A DNA stretch of 63,726 nt, the filler included, from Lama guanicoe (lineage: Eukaryota): assembly GCA_013239625.1 (NCBI GenBank). It is 202 parts of 202 records of this genome, joined end to end, with 100 filler letters (N's around TTAATTAATTAA, not from the genome) between each part and the next. Parts side by side here need not be neighbours in the genome. Positions count along the whole stretch, not along the records: positions 62,563 to 62,778 come from PNXV01038676.1; positions 62,879 to 63,094 come from PNXV01038677.1; positions 63,195 to 63,410 come from PNXV01038678.1; positions 63,511 to 63,726 come from PNXV01038679.1; 198 more parts are not named here. One strand, given 5' to 3'. Under the pieces are notes generated by a model. That model did not search any database and was not told where the DNA came from. It saw only the letters and a list, made by a program, of their open reading frames with translations. Positions 62,657 through 63,726 of this stretch are shown in pieces (the stretch's first letter is position 1; each line of letters starts with the position of its first letter). A program made the translations under genes and the position numbers.

Positions 62657-63726
62657 ATTGCCTCAAATTAATCACATACGTATTTCAAAATACTGGAAGA
62701 GTTCTCTGAAAGTCATTGACCTGTTCCCGTGGTCAGTTCTACTTGTGTCCTACATCACCATATGATTTATTTACTGTGNNNNNNNNNNNNNNNNNNNNNN
62801 NNNNNNNNNNNNNNNNNNNNNNTTAATTAATTAANNNNNNNNNNNNNNNNNNNNNNNNNNNNNNNNNNNNNNNNNNNNAAAAGCAGAGACGGAGGTGTAG
62901 AAAGTACTGCACAGGATACCTGGGGTACGAGGAGTAAGAGCTAGCAGAGATGGACAGTCGGCCTGAAGCCCTGGACGAGAAATGCGTGCTCTGACTGGCT
63001 GTGTGGGGTTCGCCCCTAGTCTGTCTTCACTACGGATAAGCAAACGGGTTGGGGGTCTCCTTTAGAAGACCAGGTCCCATCTGTTAAGCCAAGGNNNNNN
63101 NNNNNNNNNNNNNNNNNNNNNNNNNNNNNNNNNNNNNNTTAATTAATTAANNNNNNNNNNNNNNNNNNNNNNNNNNNNNNNNNNNNNNNNNNNNGGGGAA
63201 GGAGCAGATTAGGGACATAGAGCATGAATGGGGACAATGAATTAGGGACACAGAGTCAGTGACTTAATTCAGCACAGTGATTGTGAGCCTGGAAGGAGCT
63301 CTTTGGGCGTAATTACAGCATTTGCTTTCATCGCAGCAGCGACCAGGGTATATGCAATGGGGTTGTCAAAAATATTAATTGAATCCTTTGATGACTCCGT
63401 AAGTTTAAAANNNNNNNNNNNNNNNNNNNNNNNNNNNNNNNNNNNNNNNNNNNNTTAATTAATTAANNNNNNNNNNNNNNNNNNNNNNNNNNNNNNNNNN
63501 NNNNNNNNNNTCCAGCATATGCATTCACAATACTTACCTTGATGCAGTGAGGGTTTCAGTTGATGATAGGTATAAGGCAGCAGCTGCTCCAAGACACTAA
63601 GTCAGAGCAGGTGTACAAAAATTGGTAACTGTCAGCTGTTAAATTTGGGGAACACATTATTGGGAGATTATAGAGGAGATCCTGATCTGGTCATCACGTC
63701 AATCCCTGGGCGAGATACTAGAATCT

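Larger units (their letters stand above)
1..63726. other. Artificial concatenation of 202 short (214-216 nt) unplaced assembly contigs
   Basis: Strict ~316-nt period. 202x216-6 real bases plus 201x100 spacer bases equals 63,726 exactly. Neighbouring inserts are mostly unrelated in composition and content. Confidence 0.99.

Noticed and set aside
672..63043. Many 60-87 aa ORFs ending in X runs, 'N' or 'LIN'
   Set aside because: They reach the length threshold only by reading through Ns. LIN is the translation of TTAATTAAT. Only the L1-derived ones have recognisable protein similarity.
217..63510. CRISPR-like or cassette-like array (constant palindromic repeat plus equal-length unique inserts)
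   Set aside because: The repeat is embedded in N padding and is a six-frame-stop linker. Inserts are mammalian repeat debris, and there are no cas or integrase genes.
63511..63726. Minus-strand donor AAG|GTAAGT suggesting a coding exon
   Set aside because: All three frames upstream of it contain stops within about 110 nt.

Overview
This is not a contiguous locus. It is an artificial pseudo-scaffold of 202 unrelated short contigs: 197 of 216 nt, four of 215 nt and one of 214 nt (43,626 real bases). They are joined by 201 identical 100-nt spacers (N44-TTAATTAATTAA-N44, stop codons in all six frames). The DNA is mammalian and very probably camelid, based on two Vic-1-like tRNA-derived SINE copies and matching young L1 ends. 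Content is mostly interspersed-repeat debris (L1 ORF1/ORF2/UTR pieces, L2, MIR, MLT1/ERV LTRs, MER5/MER45/MER47/MER53 DNA transposons), several minisatellite fragments, and one complete but variant tRNA-Gly(CCC) gene. No intact protein-coding gene is supportable. The ORF track is essentially noise plus L1 fragments; the X runs and 'LIN' tails come from the spacer. The most informative hidden structure is six pairs of near-identical contigs, each with exactly 49 identical nt at both ends and 4-7 differences in between. This is the signature of unpopped de Bruijn bubbles from an assembly with 49-nt contig overlaps. I found no evidence of a new biological system; the CRISPR-like periodicity is a formatting artefact. 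Repeat-family names are recognised from memory, not from a database search.
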